A DNA stretch of 64,000 nucleotides from a candidate division FCPU426 bacterium (GTDB lineage: Bacteria > Oederibacteriota > JAAXVQ01 > JAUVAV01): the NCBI GenBank assembly GCA_040756875.1, contig JBFLYH010000001.1, positions 832,001 through 896,000 of the forward strand. The letters are read 5' to 3'. How positions within the stretch are numbered: position 1 is the first letter of the stretch; each line of letters opens with the position of its first letter. The notes below the pieces were generated by a model that was not told where the DNA came from, ran no database searches, and was given only the letters and a program-made list of their open reading frames with translations. Positions 13,602 through 22,595 of the stretch are shown here, piece after piece. A program made the position numbers and the translations under genes.

Positions 13602-14056
13602 TATTCATTTTTAAACTCTTTCGAATCCAGGAGGATGGTGACCGGGCCGTCGTTGACCAGCATGACCTGCATATGCGCCTGAAAAACGCCGGTTTTGACG
13701 GAAACCCCGCAGGCTTCGAGTTCCCGGCAAAAAAGTTCAAACCCTTTTCGGCCGGATTCCGGTCCGGCTGCACGGGTAAAGTCCGGCCGGCGTCCGCGCC
13801 GGACATCGCCCAAAAGCGTGAATTGGGGCACAGCCAATACCTGTCCCTGAATCTGCCCCAGATCCAGATTCATCTTCCCCTCGCCATCCTCGAAAATCCT
13901 CAGGCCGGCGATTTTTTTAGCCAGCTGGCTGATTTCACCCTCCTGGTCGTCCGCCGCAATGCCCGCCAAAACCAGCATGCCCCGCCCGATTGCGGCCACT
14001 TTTTGCTGCGCCACTGACACCTCGGCGGCCGCCACCCTTTGCACAACCGCTTTCAT
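13601..14056 (-). CDS. dtd: D-aminoacyl-tRNA deacylase
   Basis: MKAVVQRV, LRIFED, PQFTL, GRRPDF and NDGPVT motifs. Confidence 0.95.
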   Translation of the reverse strand: MKAVVQRVAAAEVSVAQQKVAAIGRGMLVLAGIAADDQEGEISQLAKKIAGLRIFEDGEGKMNLDLGQIQGQVLAVPQFTLLGDVRRGRRPDFTRAAGPESGRKGFELFCRELEACGVSVKTGVFQAHMQVMLVNDGPVTILLDSKEFKNE

Positions 14057-14445
14057 GTTGTCCGCCTCCGTGTCTGCCGTTCCAGACGGCGCAATTGCCG
14101 GTCGTCGAAGCCGAAGTGATGGCCGATCTCGTGCCACAACACGTCGTAGACCTCTTCCTCCAGTTCTTTTTCATCCCGGCAGCGTGCGGCCAGGGGGCGG
14201 CGAAAGAAGGTTATTTTGTCAGGAAGCACCTGGCCGTATTCCAGGCCGCGCTGGGATTGCGGCACGCCCTGGTAGAGGCCAAGCAAATCCTCATCCGCCC
14301 TCAACCGCAGCGATTTCCGCACCTCCGGCCCGGGGTCCTCTTCGAGTACGAATCCGACATTGTTTAAACGGCGGCGAAATACGGCGGGTAAGCGGTCGAG
14401 CGCCTTGCGAATCACGGCGGCCAACTGCTGCCGGGACACTCTCAC
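14053..14445 (-). CDS. Zincin-like metallopeptidase (DUF1025 type)
   Basis: LLGLYQGVP, PDKITFFRRP and HEIGHHFG zinc motif. Start is uncertain. Confidence 0.85.
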   Translation of the reverse strand: MRVSRQQLAAVIRKALDRLPAVFRRRLNNVGFVLEEDPGPEVRKSLRLRADEDLLGLYQGVPQSQRGLEYGQVLPDKITFFRRPLAARCRDEKELEEEVYDVLWHEIGHHFGFDDRQLRRLERQTRRRTT

Positions 14446-14472
14446 TCCCGGCACTCCGGCAGGCAACCCGGG

Positions 14473-14850
14473 TCAGGAGCGGTCATATTTTTCCAGGACG
14501 CGTTTGACGCGGGTGACCAAATCGCTGGGTTCGAAGGGTTTGATGATGTAGTCATCCGCCCCCAGCGAAAAAGCCCGGGCGATGCTGGCGGCATCCGAAT
14601 GGGCGGAGATGAAAATCACTGGCAGGTTGATGGAAGGCTGGCTTTTAATCGCGCGGCAAACCTCGAACCCGTTCATGTTCGGCATGCCGATGTCCAACAG
14701 CAGCAGGTCGATGCGGAATTTGGTCAGCATGGCAATGCCCTGGGTACCGCTGGTCGCACCGTAAAAATCGAAATTCTCGGCTTCCAGCGTGTACTTGACC
14801 GAGTCCAGGGTGTCTTGGTTGTCTTCGATAAAAATGATTTTCTTTTTCAT
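14473..14850 (-). CDS. Single-domain response regulator (REC)
   Basis: IEDN, LLDIGMPNMNG and GADDYIIKPF. Confidence 0.92.
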   Translation of the reverse strand: MKKKIIFIEDNQDTLDSVKYTLEAENFDFYGATSGTQGIAMLTKFRIDLLLLDIGMPNMNGFEVCRAIKSQPSINLPVIFISAHSDAASIARAFSLGADDYIIKPFEPSDLVTRVKRVLEKYDRS

Positions 14851-14866
14851 TTCAGAATGGGCCCTC

Positions 14867-15904
14867 TCACTTTTTCGGCATCATGGCCAGGCGGGCGGCA
14901 CCGAATACACCCGCCCGGTCTCCCAATTTGGCGCTGACAATGCGCGCGCACCGCCCCAGATCGTTCAAAACCCTGCGCTGAGATTCCAGGCGAACGTGGC
15001 GCAACAGCTCCTCACCGGCTTGGGAAACGCCACCGCCGATAATCACCAATTCCGGATTGAGCAGATTGATCACGTTGGCCACGGCAATGCCAAGATATAC
15101 GCCGGTCCGGCGGATGATGTCCCGGGCGCCCGGATCTCCCGACCGGGCCGCTTCGAAGACTTTCTTGGCAGTGACTGATCTTGGATCGCCGCCGCACAGG
15201 CGCGCCAGCTTCGAACCGGGCCGCTTTTTTATCCATAAGCGGCCTTCCCGCGCAATGGCCGTGCCCGACGCCAGGGCTTCCAGGCAACCGCGGTTTCCGC
15301 AACCACAACGGGGTCCATCGGGCAGGATGGTCATATGCCCCAATTCCCCTGCCCCGTCGCAGGCCCCGTGCACCAGTCGGTTGTCCAGGATGATGCCGCC
15401 GCCCACGCCCGTGCCCAGGGTGTACACAACCACATGTCCGTGCTTTTTTCCCGCCCCCAGCCACTGTTCGCCCAAAGCTGCGACATTGGCGTCATTGTCG
15501 ATCCGAATATCGGTTTTCAGCGCAGTGCGCAGTTTTTGGGCCAAAGGGATGTTTTTCCATCCCGGGAGGTTTGGCGAGTATTTCACCAGCCCGCGGCTGC
15601 AATCGATTACTCCGGGCACCCCGAATCCAATTGCCCGGATGCGCGCCTTGGCCCCCCCGGCCCCGCTTTGCAGCTCCCGCACCAAACCGATGATTTTCCC
15701 GATGGTATTTTCAACCCCGGTGTGGGAATCCGTCGTGGTTTTTTTCAGTCGCAGAAGCTTGCCAGCGGAGGTGACCGCCGCGGCGGTCAGATTGCTTCCG
15801 CCCAGATCGACGCCTAAATAGATTTCGCTCACGTGTCTTGGCCTCGTCTCTCCGTGATTCTGGGCATTGGCATTCATTTTACGACGAAAGAAAAGCGGGC
15901 GCAA
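14867..15904 (-). CDS. ROK family sugar kinase (glucokinase-like)
   Basis: GVDLGGS, DNDANVAALGE, GTGVGGG and GELGH...CGCGNRGCLE. True start is probably downstream. Confidence 0.9.
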   Translation of the reverse strand: MRPLFFRRKMNANAQNHGETRPRHVSEIYLGVDLGGSNLTAAAVTSAGKLLRLKKTTTDSHTGVENTIGKIIGLVRELQSGAGGAKARIRAIGFGVPGVIDCSRGLVKYSPNLPGWKNIPLAQKLRTALKTDIRIDNDANVAALGEQWLGAGKKHGHVVVYTLGTGVGGGIILDNRLVHGACDGAGELGHMTILPDGPRCGCGNRGCLEALASGTAIAREGRLWIKKRPGSKLARLCGGDPRSVTAKKVFEAARSGDPGARDIIRRTGVYLGIAVANVINLLNPELVIIGGGVSQAGEELLRHVRLESQRRVLNDLGRCARIVSAKLGDRAGVFGAARLAMMPKK

Positions 15905-15944
15905 TATTATTTCGGTCTTGCCGAAAGGACAGACAGCCGGAAGG

Positions 15945-16574
15945 TCACCAATGCAAGCCGTGCGTCAGGGCATATCCCAGGCCGGCAAAATGACGCAGCA
16001 GATCCGCGGACCACTGCGCGTCCCGCCAGGCGTAAAATTCGTTGCGATAGATGAACAACCCCGAGCCCGGCCGTCCAAACAGTTCCCCGGCTGATTGGCA
16101 CAGGGGTTCCAGCCCGGAAAAAGACTGGCGGGCCGCCAGTTCCGGCTGTTCGTTCCAGAGCCAGTTGAACGTCGCGAGAAAATCCATCCCGCCTTGGGAC
16201 AGGCCGCACAGGCAGCCGGCCCATATGCCTTCGGCATCCAAGGCGCCAAATAAAAATACCTGCGGTGAATCGAACCGGGCCGCCGAGGCATGCAACAGCC
16301 CTGCTGGCCAGCCAAAAAACAATGGGTCAGGAAGATGCAGACCCTGGGAATGGGCCGCATTACGCAGGGCTGCGTCTACTTTCCATGCAGGTTGAATACC
16401 GGGAAGACGCAGAGCGTCCAATGCTTGGGTTTGCATGCCCCAATATTGGGAGTCCGGAATTTCCGAGGGTATCATGGCATGCGTCCACCCTGGCGTGGGA
16501 GTCCACGCCAGTGACGCCAATCGGCGTAATTGCTCCGGATCGGGATCTAACCACCTGAATCCTGGGTTTAGCAT
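15945..16574 (-). CDS. Hypothetical protein
   Basis: Fills the gap between co-directional genes and overlaps the upstream stop; no motif recognised. Confidence 0.6.
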   Translation of the reverse strand: MLNPGFRWLDPDPEQLRRLASLAWTPTPGWTHAMIPSEIPDSQYWGMQTQALDALRLPGIQPAWKVDAALRNAAHSQGLHLPDPLFFGWPAGLLHASAARFDSPQVFLFGALDAEGIWAGCLCGLSQGGMDFLATFNWLWNEQPELAARQSFSGLEPLCQSAGELFGRPGSGLFIYRNEFYAWRDAQWSADLLRHFAGLGYALTHGLHW

Positions 16575-18538
16575 TCGATTAATTCCCACCATTTGATCTG
16601 GCGCGGACCGATGTTTACCTTAATTTCATGGTTCCCGCCCCAATATTTCGATTGATTCCATAAATCGTGCAACACGAATTTTCCTTCCCTCCGGGCCGTG
16701 GTTTCCAAAGGGGAGGCTCCCCCATTCAAGGCGGCGATGAACACCCGGTTTCGATACTTGTGGAAAAATACCCGGTCAGGCGCCGGCTCAAAAACCACGG
16801 GCCGCGGCCCGCCCACCTGCTGCAACGCCCTGAGCAATTTAAGATCCGAAAAATCAGCCAGGTGAATCAACCGGCCTGTTTTGGCGTTTTTACCGCGATT
16901 GGATTTGGAAGGCTTGACGGAAGCCAATTCGGCCAGCGTGGGGCTGCTGGCGCCCTCAGGCGCCTGAGGCAACGGCCCGATCAGGATGACCGGAAGGCCG
17001 GATTGCACCTTTTGCACCAGCCTTTGCTGCTCGTCAGCCTCCATTTTTTCGAAGGAAGCGGCGATGACCACCGTGGTTCGCGTCCAACGGTCAGCGCCTG
17101 CTTCGGCATTCAAGATCCCATAGGGAAATTGCTGGCAACGGAGGAATTCCTCGATTTGCCGCCATCGCTCCAGCCATGCCTGCGCCTCAGGTTCAAGCGC
17201 ATCGCCCGGCGAGGTCCCGGCGGGGCGTGGCGAAAAGTCCAGGCTGTGGCGAGGGTCAGCCGAGAGCGCGCGGAGTCTTTCAAGCCGCGGCCAGGCAACG
17301 AGCATGACTTCGGCATGGAGTTGGCTTGACAGAAACCCATCGGGTTTGGCCGCTTCCTGCAAAGCAGGCCACAAGGGCGCCACGAGGCGCCGCCCATGGC
17401 CCCGGCGGTCGCAAAGAAAACCCGGATAAGCGCCCGAGCCGGCGGCTGAAACAATGTCCCATCCTCTTGCCCCCAGAATCAGGCGTTTGAGCCATTCGAA
17501 TTCAGCCTCGGATTCCGCCTCCAGCGCAGGCAAAACCGCCCGCAAATCAGCGGCAAAACGGTTTTCCGTGCTGATGCGCAGGATGGCTTCATCGCCTTCG
17601 AGCAGTGGCCATTCCGGCCAAAAAGCATCGAATGCCCGCAGTTTCTCCAGCTCAGTCAAGTTAAACGGGGTGGAGACGGTCGGGAGGGTGGCCAGCAAGA
17701 GCGGAATGCGCCCTTGCGCGAGGGGCGCGAACAACCGATGCAGGCGCTCGGCGGCGCGCACGAAGTATTCTTCCCGATATTGAGCCCAATCCAGCCAGTA
17801 TGTTTCCGGTTTGCCTTGCCGGGGATTTTTCCCGGCTGGCGGCTGAACCTCCGCGAACGAAGGATGCGCCTCGCCATACGCCCGGTTAAGCGAATCCACT
17901 TTCCCGTAGCGACGTTTCAGCCAATCCCGGTAGGCCGAGAGCGCTTCAGGATGATAATCCGCTGCATAAGCGCCCAGGGCGTTCCGCCAGCCGGGCGCCT
18001 GGCTCAGGCCCAAACCGATAACCGGACCGTCCGGGTCCAGCCAGGGTTCCAGAATTGGCTGCAGGCTTGAAGCGAAAGGCTGCAAGGCATCCGTTAGAAA
18101 ATGGGAAAGCAGGCAAGGCAGCGCAAATACTTCCCCGCCCTGGCACCGCGAGGACGGAACCAGCCGTCCCTGGGCATCCCGGGCCAGGGCCGATTCGGCC
18201 TCCAATAATTCCGCGGGGTAACCGGCGGCAGGAACTCCAGGAAGATCGCGCGGGCCGAGCCAGAGGAAAGCTTTCATGCCCAGCGATTTGACTTCCGCCA
18301 GAAAAGCGCCGAGGTCCGCATTCGGCCGGTGGGTTCCAAAATCATACTGATCGGATGAAATCCAATGCACGGAAGGAGGCACGGCGGCGGATATGACGTT
18401 TTGTCCGGCAGATGAAACGGCTTTCAGGACATCGCGCCAATGGGAACGTTCAAACTCCCAATAGTTGACTTGAAGGAAAAGCCAGGGATGGGGTTCCCCG
18501 CCCCATTCCCATCCCCCGGCCCGTAGCTTAACGGTCAT
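16568..18538 (-). CDS. GH35/GH42 beta-galactosidase-like protein, probably catalytically degenerate
   Basis: N-terminus follows the GH35 barrel pattern (YW..WRD.LK..AG.N, YDF, DL.AFL, GP, GYP). It carries the GH42-like WLKRRYG..SLNRAYG segment and a trimerisation-like C-terminal part. Confidence 0.7.
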   Translation of the reverse strand: MTVKLRAGGWEWGGEPHPWLFLQVNYWEFERSHWRDVLKAVSSAGQNVISAAVPPSVHWISSDQYDFGTHRPNADLGAFLAEVKSLGMKAFLWLGPRDLPGVPAAGYPAELLEAESALARDAQGRLVPSSRCQGGEVFALPCLLSHFLTDALQPFASSLQPILEPWLDPDGPVIGLGLSQAPGWRNALGAYAADYHPEALSAYRDWLKRRYGKVDSLNRAYGEAHPSFAEVQPPAGKNPRQGKPETYWLDWAQYREEYFVRAAERLHRLFAPLAQGRIPLLLATLPTVSTPFNLTELEKLRAFDAFWPEWPLLEGDEAILRISTENRFAADLRAVLPALEAESEAEFEWLKRLILGARGWDIVSAAGSGAYPGFLCDRRGHGRRLVAPLWPALQEAAKPDGFLSSQLHAEVMLVAWPRLERLRALSADPRHSLDFSPRPAGTSPGDALEPEAQAWLERWRQIEEFLRCQQFPYGILNAEAGADRWTRTTVVIAASFEKMEADEQQRLVQKVQSGLPVILIGPLPQAPEGASSPTLAELASVKPSKSNRGKNAKTGRLIHLADFSDLKLLRALQQVGGPRPVVFEPAPDRVFFHKYRNRVFIAALNGGASPLETTARREGKFVLHDLWNQSKYWGGNHEIKVNIGPRQIKWWELIEC

Positions 18539-18544
18539 GCCAGG

Positions 18545-19465
18545 TTAGGAGCGGAGCGGCGCGGAAACCAAGCGGTTCTTCCCCTGCCGTTTGGCCTCGA
18601 GCAGCGCATCATCGGCCATTTTCAGCAGTTCTTCCTTGGTGCCGGCATTGTCGCTCGCGAACGCGGAAGCTCCCAGGGAAATCGTTATGAGCTGGTCCGG
18701 ATCGTTTCTTATGAAGCGGGTTTCGGCAATGAGCTTGCACAGACGCTCGCCCACGACCTTGGCGCCGCCCAGATCGGTTTGCGGGAGAATCAGCAGAAAT
18801 TCCTCGCCGCCGTAGCGGGCGATAATGTCCACCACGCGGTTGGAATTTTTCATGATGACGGCGATTTGCTGGAGAATCTGGTCTCCCTGCAAATGGCCGT
18901 AGGTGTCGTTGATGAATTTAAAATTGTCGATATCCAGCATCAGGCAGGCCAGCGGGTATTTGTAGCGCCTCGCCCGCTCCACTTCCTCGTGAAAGCGTTC
19001 CATGAGGTAGCGGCGGTTGTACAGCGAGGTGAGCGGATCGGTCATCGACAATTCGGACAAGCGCTGGTTGACTTCGCGCAGGTGGTCGTGCTCGCCCTTG
19101 ATGCGCAAGGCCGCTTCCACCCGGGCGATCAGTTCGTCCAAGTCAAACGGCTTGGTGATGTAATCGTGCCCCCCCATGCGCAGGCCGACCACCTTGCTGT
19201 CGGTCTCGCCCTTGACCGTCAGGAAAATGACCGGAATATGCTGAAGGGTCTCGTTTTCCTTAAGCAGTTTAAGGACTTCGTACCCGTTCAGCTTGGGCAT
19301 CATTACATCCAGCAGGATGAGGTCCGGAAGGTTTTCCTCCGCCATTTTAAGCGCTTCCCGACCGTCCTGCGACCAGAGGGTGGCATATCCCTTGGCTTCC
19401 AGTATGATTTTAACCAATTCGGCGATGTTGGCGTCGTCTTCAGCAATCAGAATTCGTTCTGACAC
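18545..19465 (-). CDS. Response regulator diguanylate cyclase (REC-GGDEF)
   Basis: REC domain, TDPLTSLYNRR, DIDNFKFINDTYGHLQGD, RVVD I-site and RYGGEEF. Confidence 0.95.
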   Translation of the reverse strand: MSERILIAEDDANIAELVKIILEAKGYATLWSQDGREALKMAEENLPDLILLDVMMPKLNGYEVLKLLKENETLQHIPVIFLTVKGETDSKVVGLRMGGHDYITKPFDLDELIARVEAALRIKGEHDHLREVNQRLSELSMTDPLTSLYNRRYLMERFHEEVERARRYKYPLACLMLDIDNFKFINDTYGHLQGDQILQQIAVIMKNSNRVVDIIARYGGEEFLLILPQTDLGGAKVVGERLCKLIAETRFIRNDPDQLITISLGASAFASDNAGTKEELLKMADDALLEAKRQGKNRLVSAPLRS

Positions 19466-19619
19466 GAGCAGCCTCCCGCATGGATCGTTATAAATCGGCC
19501 TGCACCTATGCCCGTCGAACCTTTGGAGCCGCGTCGGAAAACCGAGCAGGAGATCAGTTGAACAGTAGACCGCAGTTGAACTTTCACCTGATCAACTGTT
19601 CCACTGTTCAACTGCTCTA

Positions 19620-19648
19620 AAAATTTTCCCGCCGTACGGGAAAATTTT
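19620..19648 (-). terminator. Hairpin / probable intrinsic terminator downstream of tRNA-Leu
   Basis: aaaattttcccg-ccgta-cgggaaaatttt perfect 12-bp inverted repeat directly after the tRNA CCA. Confidence 0.65.
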
Positions 19649-19733
19649 TGGTGCGAGGGGCGGGACTTGAACCCGCACGGATTGCTCCATACGCCCCTCA
19701 AACGTATGTGTCTGCCAGTTCCACCACCCTCGC
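19649..19733 (-). tRNA. tRNA-Leu(GAG)
   Basis: 85 nt GCGAGGGTGGTGGAACTGGCAGACAC...loop TTGAGGG...long variable arm...GGTTCAAGTCC...CCA. Confidence 0.95.
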
Positions 19734-19751
19734 ACATCCTTGCGAGGCGTC

Positions 19752-19780
19752 ACTATACCGTAACGTCCTGTGGATGTCAA
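19752..19780 (-). promoter_or_regulatory. sigma70-type promoter of tRNA-Leu
   Basis: TTGACA (19780-19775), 17-nt spacer, TATAGT (19757-19752). Confidence 0.8.
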
Positions 19781-19784
19781 GGCG

Positions 19785-20693
19785 TTAGGCCACAACCACC
19801 TGATTGCCACCGGCCTGCTGGGCCTGCCGCAGGGCTTCAGCCGCGCGGGCGAGCAACGAGTCGGTGGTGGAATCCGCGGCCTGCGGCAGAGCAACGATAC
19901 CCAGGGACACCGTAACCACTTGCTGGGGGGCGGCGGCCACCAGTTTCGTGCGGCGTACCTGCCGGATGATCCGCCGGCCGATATGCTCGGCCCCACCCAG
20001 GTCGGTTTGCACCAGCAGCATGCCGATTTCCGCCTCCTGCCAGCGTCCCAACAAGTCCACCACCCGGTTGGTACGGCGCAACAACCAGGCCAATTTTTGC
20101 AGCACCTGGTCCGCTTGCCAAGGCCCGTACTGTTCAGCCAAGCCAGCCTGGCCGTCCACAGCCGCCAGGGCGCACGCCAGCGGATATTCGTGCTGGCGGG
20201 CCCGCTCGATTTCTTCGGCCATCCGTTCCAGAAAATGACGGGGCGTCAGCAGGCCGGTCAAGGGGTCAGCCAGGGCCCACTCCTTGACGCGGCGGTTGCC
20301 GTGCTGCAACGCGGCACTGCCATTGCGCATACGCAGCGCAGCTTCCACGCGCGCCATCAGTTCATACAGATCGAAGGGTTTGCTGATGAAATCATAACTG
20401 CCGAGCCGCAACCCGGCGACTTTATCCGCCGGGCTGGCTTTGCCGCTCATGAGAATCACCGTGATCGTCCGCAAAGCAGGGTCAGACTGCAGCCAATGCA
20501 GCACTTCATAGCCGTTCAGTTTGGGCAGCAAGACGTCCATAAGGATCAAATCCGGCTGAAGGGTTTTGGCCAATTGCATCGTTTCCTGCCCGTCCCTGGC
20601 CCAATGGATATCATATCCTTTATTGGACAGAATCGTCCGCAGCAATTCCCCTATTTGTGGATCATCTTCGGCGATCAAAATGGCTTCGGCCAT
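19785..20693 (-). CDS. Response regulator with degenerate GGDEF domain
   Basis: REC domain and ADPLTGL; active site reads RWQEAE instead of RYGGEEF; RVVD I-site retained. Confidence 0.88.
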   Translation of the reverse strand: MAEAILIAEDDPQIGELLRTILSNKGYDIHWARDGQETMQLAKTLQPDLILMDVLLPKLNGYEVLHWLQSDPALRTITVILMSGKASPADKVAGLRLGSYDFISKPFDLYELMARVEAALRMRNGSAALQHGNRRVKEWALADPLTGLLTPRHFLERMAEEIERARQHEYPLACALAAVDGQAGLAEQYGPWQADQVLQKLAWLLRRTNRVVDLLGRWQEAEIGMLLVQTDLGGAEHIGRRIIRQVRRTKLVAAAPQQVVTVSLGIVALPQAADSTTDSLLARAAEALRQAQQAGGNQVVVA

Positions 20694-20802
20694 GCATTAC
20701 TCCTCACAATGTTTACTCGTCCCTCTACAATTTATTTTCGGCAGGGCCCGGCATTTTCTGACTTGGGTTGTGTTTTATTTTAAGTAAAATTCTTTCGAAA
20801 AT

Positions 20803-20831
20803 TTGCATTCGCCGTTTTTCTAAGCTATATA
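20803..20831 (+). promoter_or_regulatory. Putative sigma70 promoter for the lipoprotein gene
   Basis: TTGCAT (20803-20808), 17-nt spacer, TATATA (20826-20831); AT-rich upstream. Confidence 0.55.
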
Positions 20832-21047
20832 TAACTCGCATCTCACATGACACACGAGGGCAAACAGCGGTTTTCGATTCTTGATGACCGGTAAATGTCT
20901 CGGATCCAAAAACGCGTTTGACCGCTTTTAACGTTTACCCGCCCTTGGAAAGGAGGCACGTCCAGCCGGTCCCGTTTCCGATAATCACGACCAGCTTATA
21001 CTATTGCCGAGCTTGCACCATTCACACTTCCCCAGGAGGCTATAACC

Positions 21048-21566
21048 GTGAAAAAATTTTGGTACAGTTTGCTGGTTTTGGGCCTGACACTTTCGGTATT
21101 AAGCGGCTGTTCAGGAGTCAATCCCACTGCTCCTCAAGCCGGCGATTCCTCGCAGCTCACCTCACAAGCCATCGCTTCCACCGAGACCTTGACTGCCGTA
21201 GCGGTTTTCCCGTATATCGCCCAGTTCGAAAGCGAAACACTGGAGGCTGTGGTTATTTATGACAGCTCTACCGGCCGCATGACCAGCATTTCCATCAGTA
21301 ACAAATACGGCCCGGCCACCACCCGTCGCATCCAAGCGCAAGTCAGATCGCAGCTGACAAATTATTTCGCCACGCCGCCAGTGCCGCTCGTCAACGCCCT
21401 GGGCCGATGGGGCACCTATACCGCAACCTTGAAAATCGGCTTCCATGCCGATGGAAACATCATTTATCTGCGGCAAGTCAATCAAGGTTACACGAACATT
21501 TTTTGCTATTACATCAATTCACAAACACCGTATTCTTCGCGTATCACCCGTTATCCCATGCCTTGA
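21048..21566 (+). CDS. Hypothetical lipoprotein
   Basis: AGGAGG SD upstream; KKFW + hydrophobic stretch + lipobox LSGC. Confidence 0.8.
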   Translation: MKKFWYSLLVLGLTLSVLSGCSGVNPTAPQAGDSSQLTSQAIASTETLTAVAVFPYIAQFESETLEAVVIYDSSTGRMTSISISNKYGPATTRRIQAQVRSQLTNYFATPPVPLVNALGRWGTYTATLKIGFHADGNIIYLRQVNQGYTNIFCYYINSQTPYSSRITRYPMP

Positions 21567-21590
21567 GCGGCTTTGCCCCACGCTAATGCC

Positions 21591-22595
21591 TCAACAGGCC
21601 CCGTTTAACCGCGGGGCCTGTTTTTTTAACTCTTGAAATCTGCGGCAGGCGACTTCATGCCCTTCCGCTTCCTTAAAAGGCTGGTTCTCATACGACCGGC
21701 AGGCTGCTTCCCGGTATTGGCAGCGGCTGTAAAACCGGCATCCTGGCTCCGGGTCGACCGGCGAAGGCAACTCGCCGCTCAGCAATGCCCGCTTGCGTCC
21801 GCGACCCGGTTCGAGCCGGGGCAATGCCTGCAGAAGGGCCCAGGTGTATGGATGCCGGGGGTTTGAAAAAATCGATTCAGCGGCCGCAATCTCCATGATC
21901 CTGCCCAGGTACATGACTGCCACGCGATCTGCCATATGGCTCACAACCCGCAGATCATGTGAAATAAACAATAAAGTCAGGCGCATTTCCTTCCCCAGGG
22001 ACAGGAACAGGTTCAGAATCTGGGCTTGAATGGAAACATCCAGGGAGGAAACCGGCTCATCCGCCACGATGAGTTCCGGGTTCATGGCCAGCGCGCGCGC
22101 CAATCCCAGGCGCTGGCGCTGACCTCCGGAAAGCTGATGCGGGTAACGCGCCAGAACTTCGGCCCCCAACCCGACCCGTTCCAGCATCGACAACACCTCT
22201 GCAGTTCGGTTGGGCCTATGGGCCAGCCATAATGCCTCGGCCACTGCGGCCTGAGCGGATAAACGGGGATTCAAACTGCCCAGCGGATCTTGAAACACCG
22301 GTTGAAACCGCTTCCTGATGTTCCGCGTTTCAGCCGTGCCCAATTCGCTCAGGTCCTGGCCAGCAAACTTGACGGTTCCCCGGCTGGGCTTTTCCAGCCT
22401 GCAGAGCATTCGCCCCAGGGTGCTTTTCCCGCAGCCGGATTCACCTACCAACCCAAGCGTTTCTCCTTGATTCAGTTGCAAGTCCACCCGGTCCACGGCC
22501 ACCAAGCGGCTTGCCGCGGCGGTCAATCCGCTTTTTTTAACGTAAAAGTCCTTGCCCAGACCTGACACTTGCAGCAACGGTTCAGTCATGTTCAT
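21591..22595 (-). CDS. oppF: Oligopeptide/dipeptide ABC transporter ATP-binding subunit (OppF/DppF type)
   Basis: GESGCGKST, LSGGQRQR, DEPVSSLDVSIQAQ, HPYT and GCRF..RC. Confidence 0.9.
   Translation of the reverse strand: MNMTEPLLQVSGLGKDFYVKKSGLTAAASRLVAVDRVDLQLNQGETLGLVGESGCGKSTLGRMLCRLEKPSRGTVKFAGQDLSELGTAETRNIRKRFQPVFQDPLGSLNPRLSAQAAVAEALWLAHRPNRTAEVLSMLERVGLGAEVLARYPHQLSGGQRQRLGLARALAMNPELIVADEPVSSLDVSIQAQILNLFLSLGKEMRLTLLFISHDLRVVSHMADRVAVMYLGRIMEIAAAESIFSNPRHPYTWALLQALPRLEPGRGRKRALLSGELPSPVDPEPGCRFYSRCQYREAACRSYENQPFKEAEGHEVACRRFQELKKQAPRLNGAC
21593..21627 (+). terminator. Intrinsic terminator after the lipoprotein gene
   Basis: aacaggccccg-loop-cggggcctgtt followed by a T run; overlaps the 3' end of the convergent ABC ATPase gene. 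Confidence 0.8.

Noticed and set aside
20851-20945. c-di-GMP-I riboswitch (cacacgagggcaaac resembles its 5' part)
   Set aside because: The GAAA tetraloop stem and the GACGCAAAGC-like segment are missing; kept only as a generic structured leader.
19649-21627. Genomic island integrated at tRNA-Leu
   Set aside because: No integrase and no duplicated tRNA 3' end (att) seen in the window.
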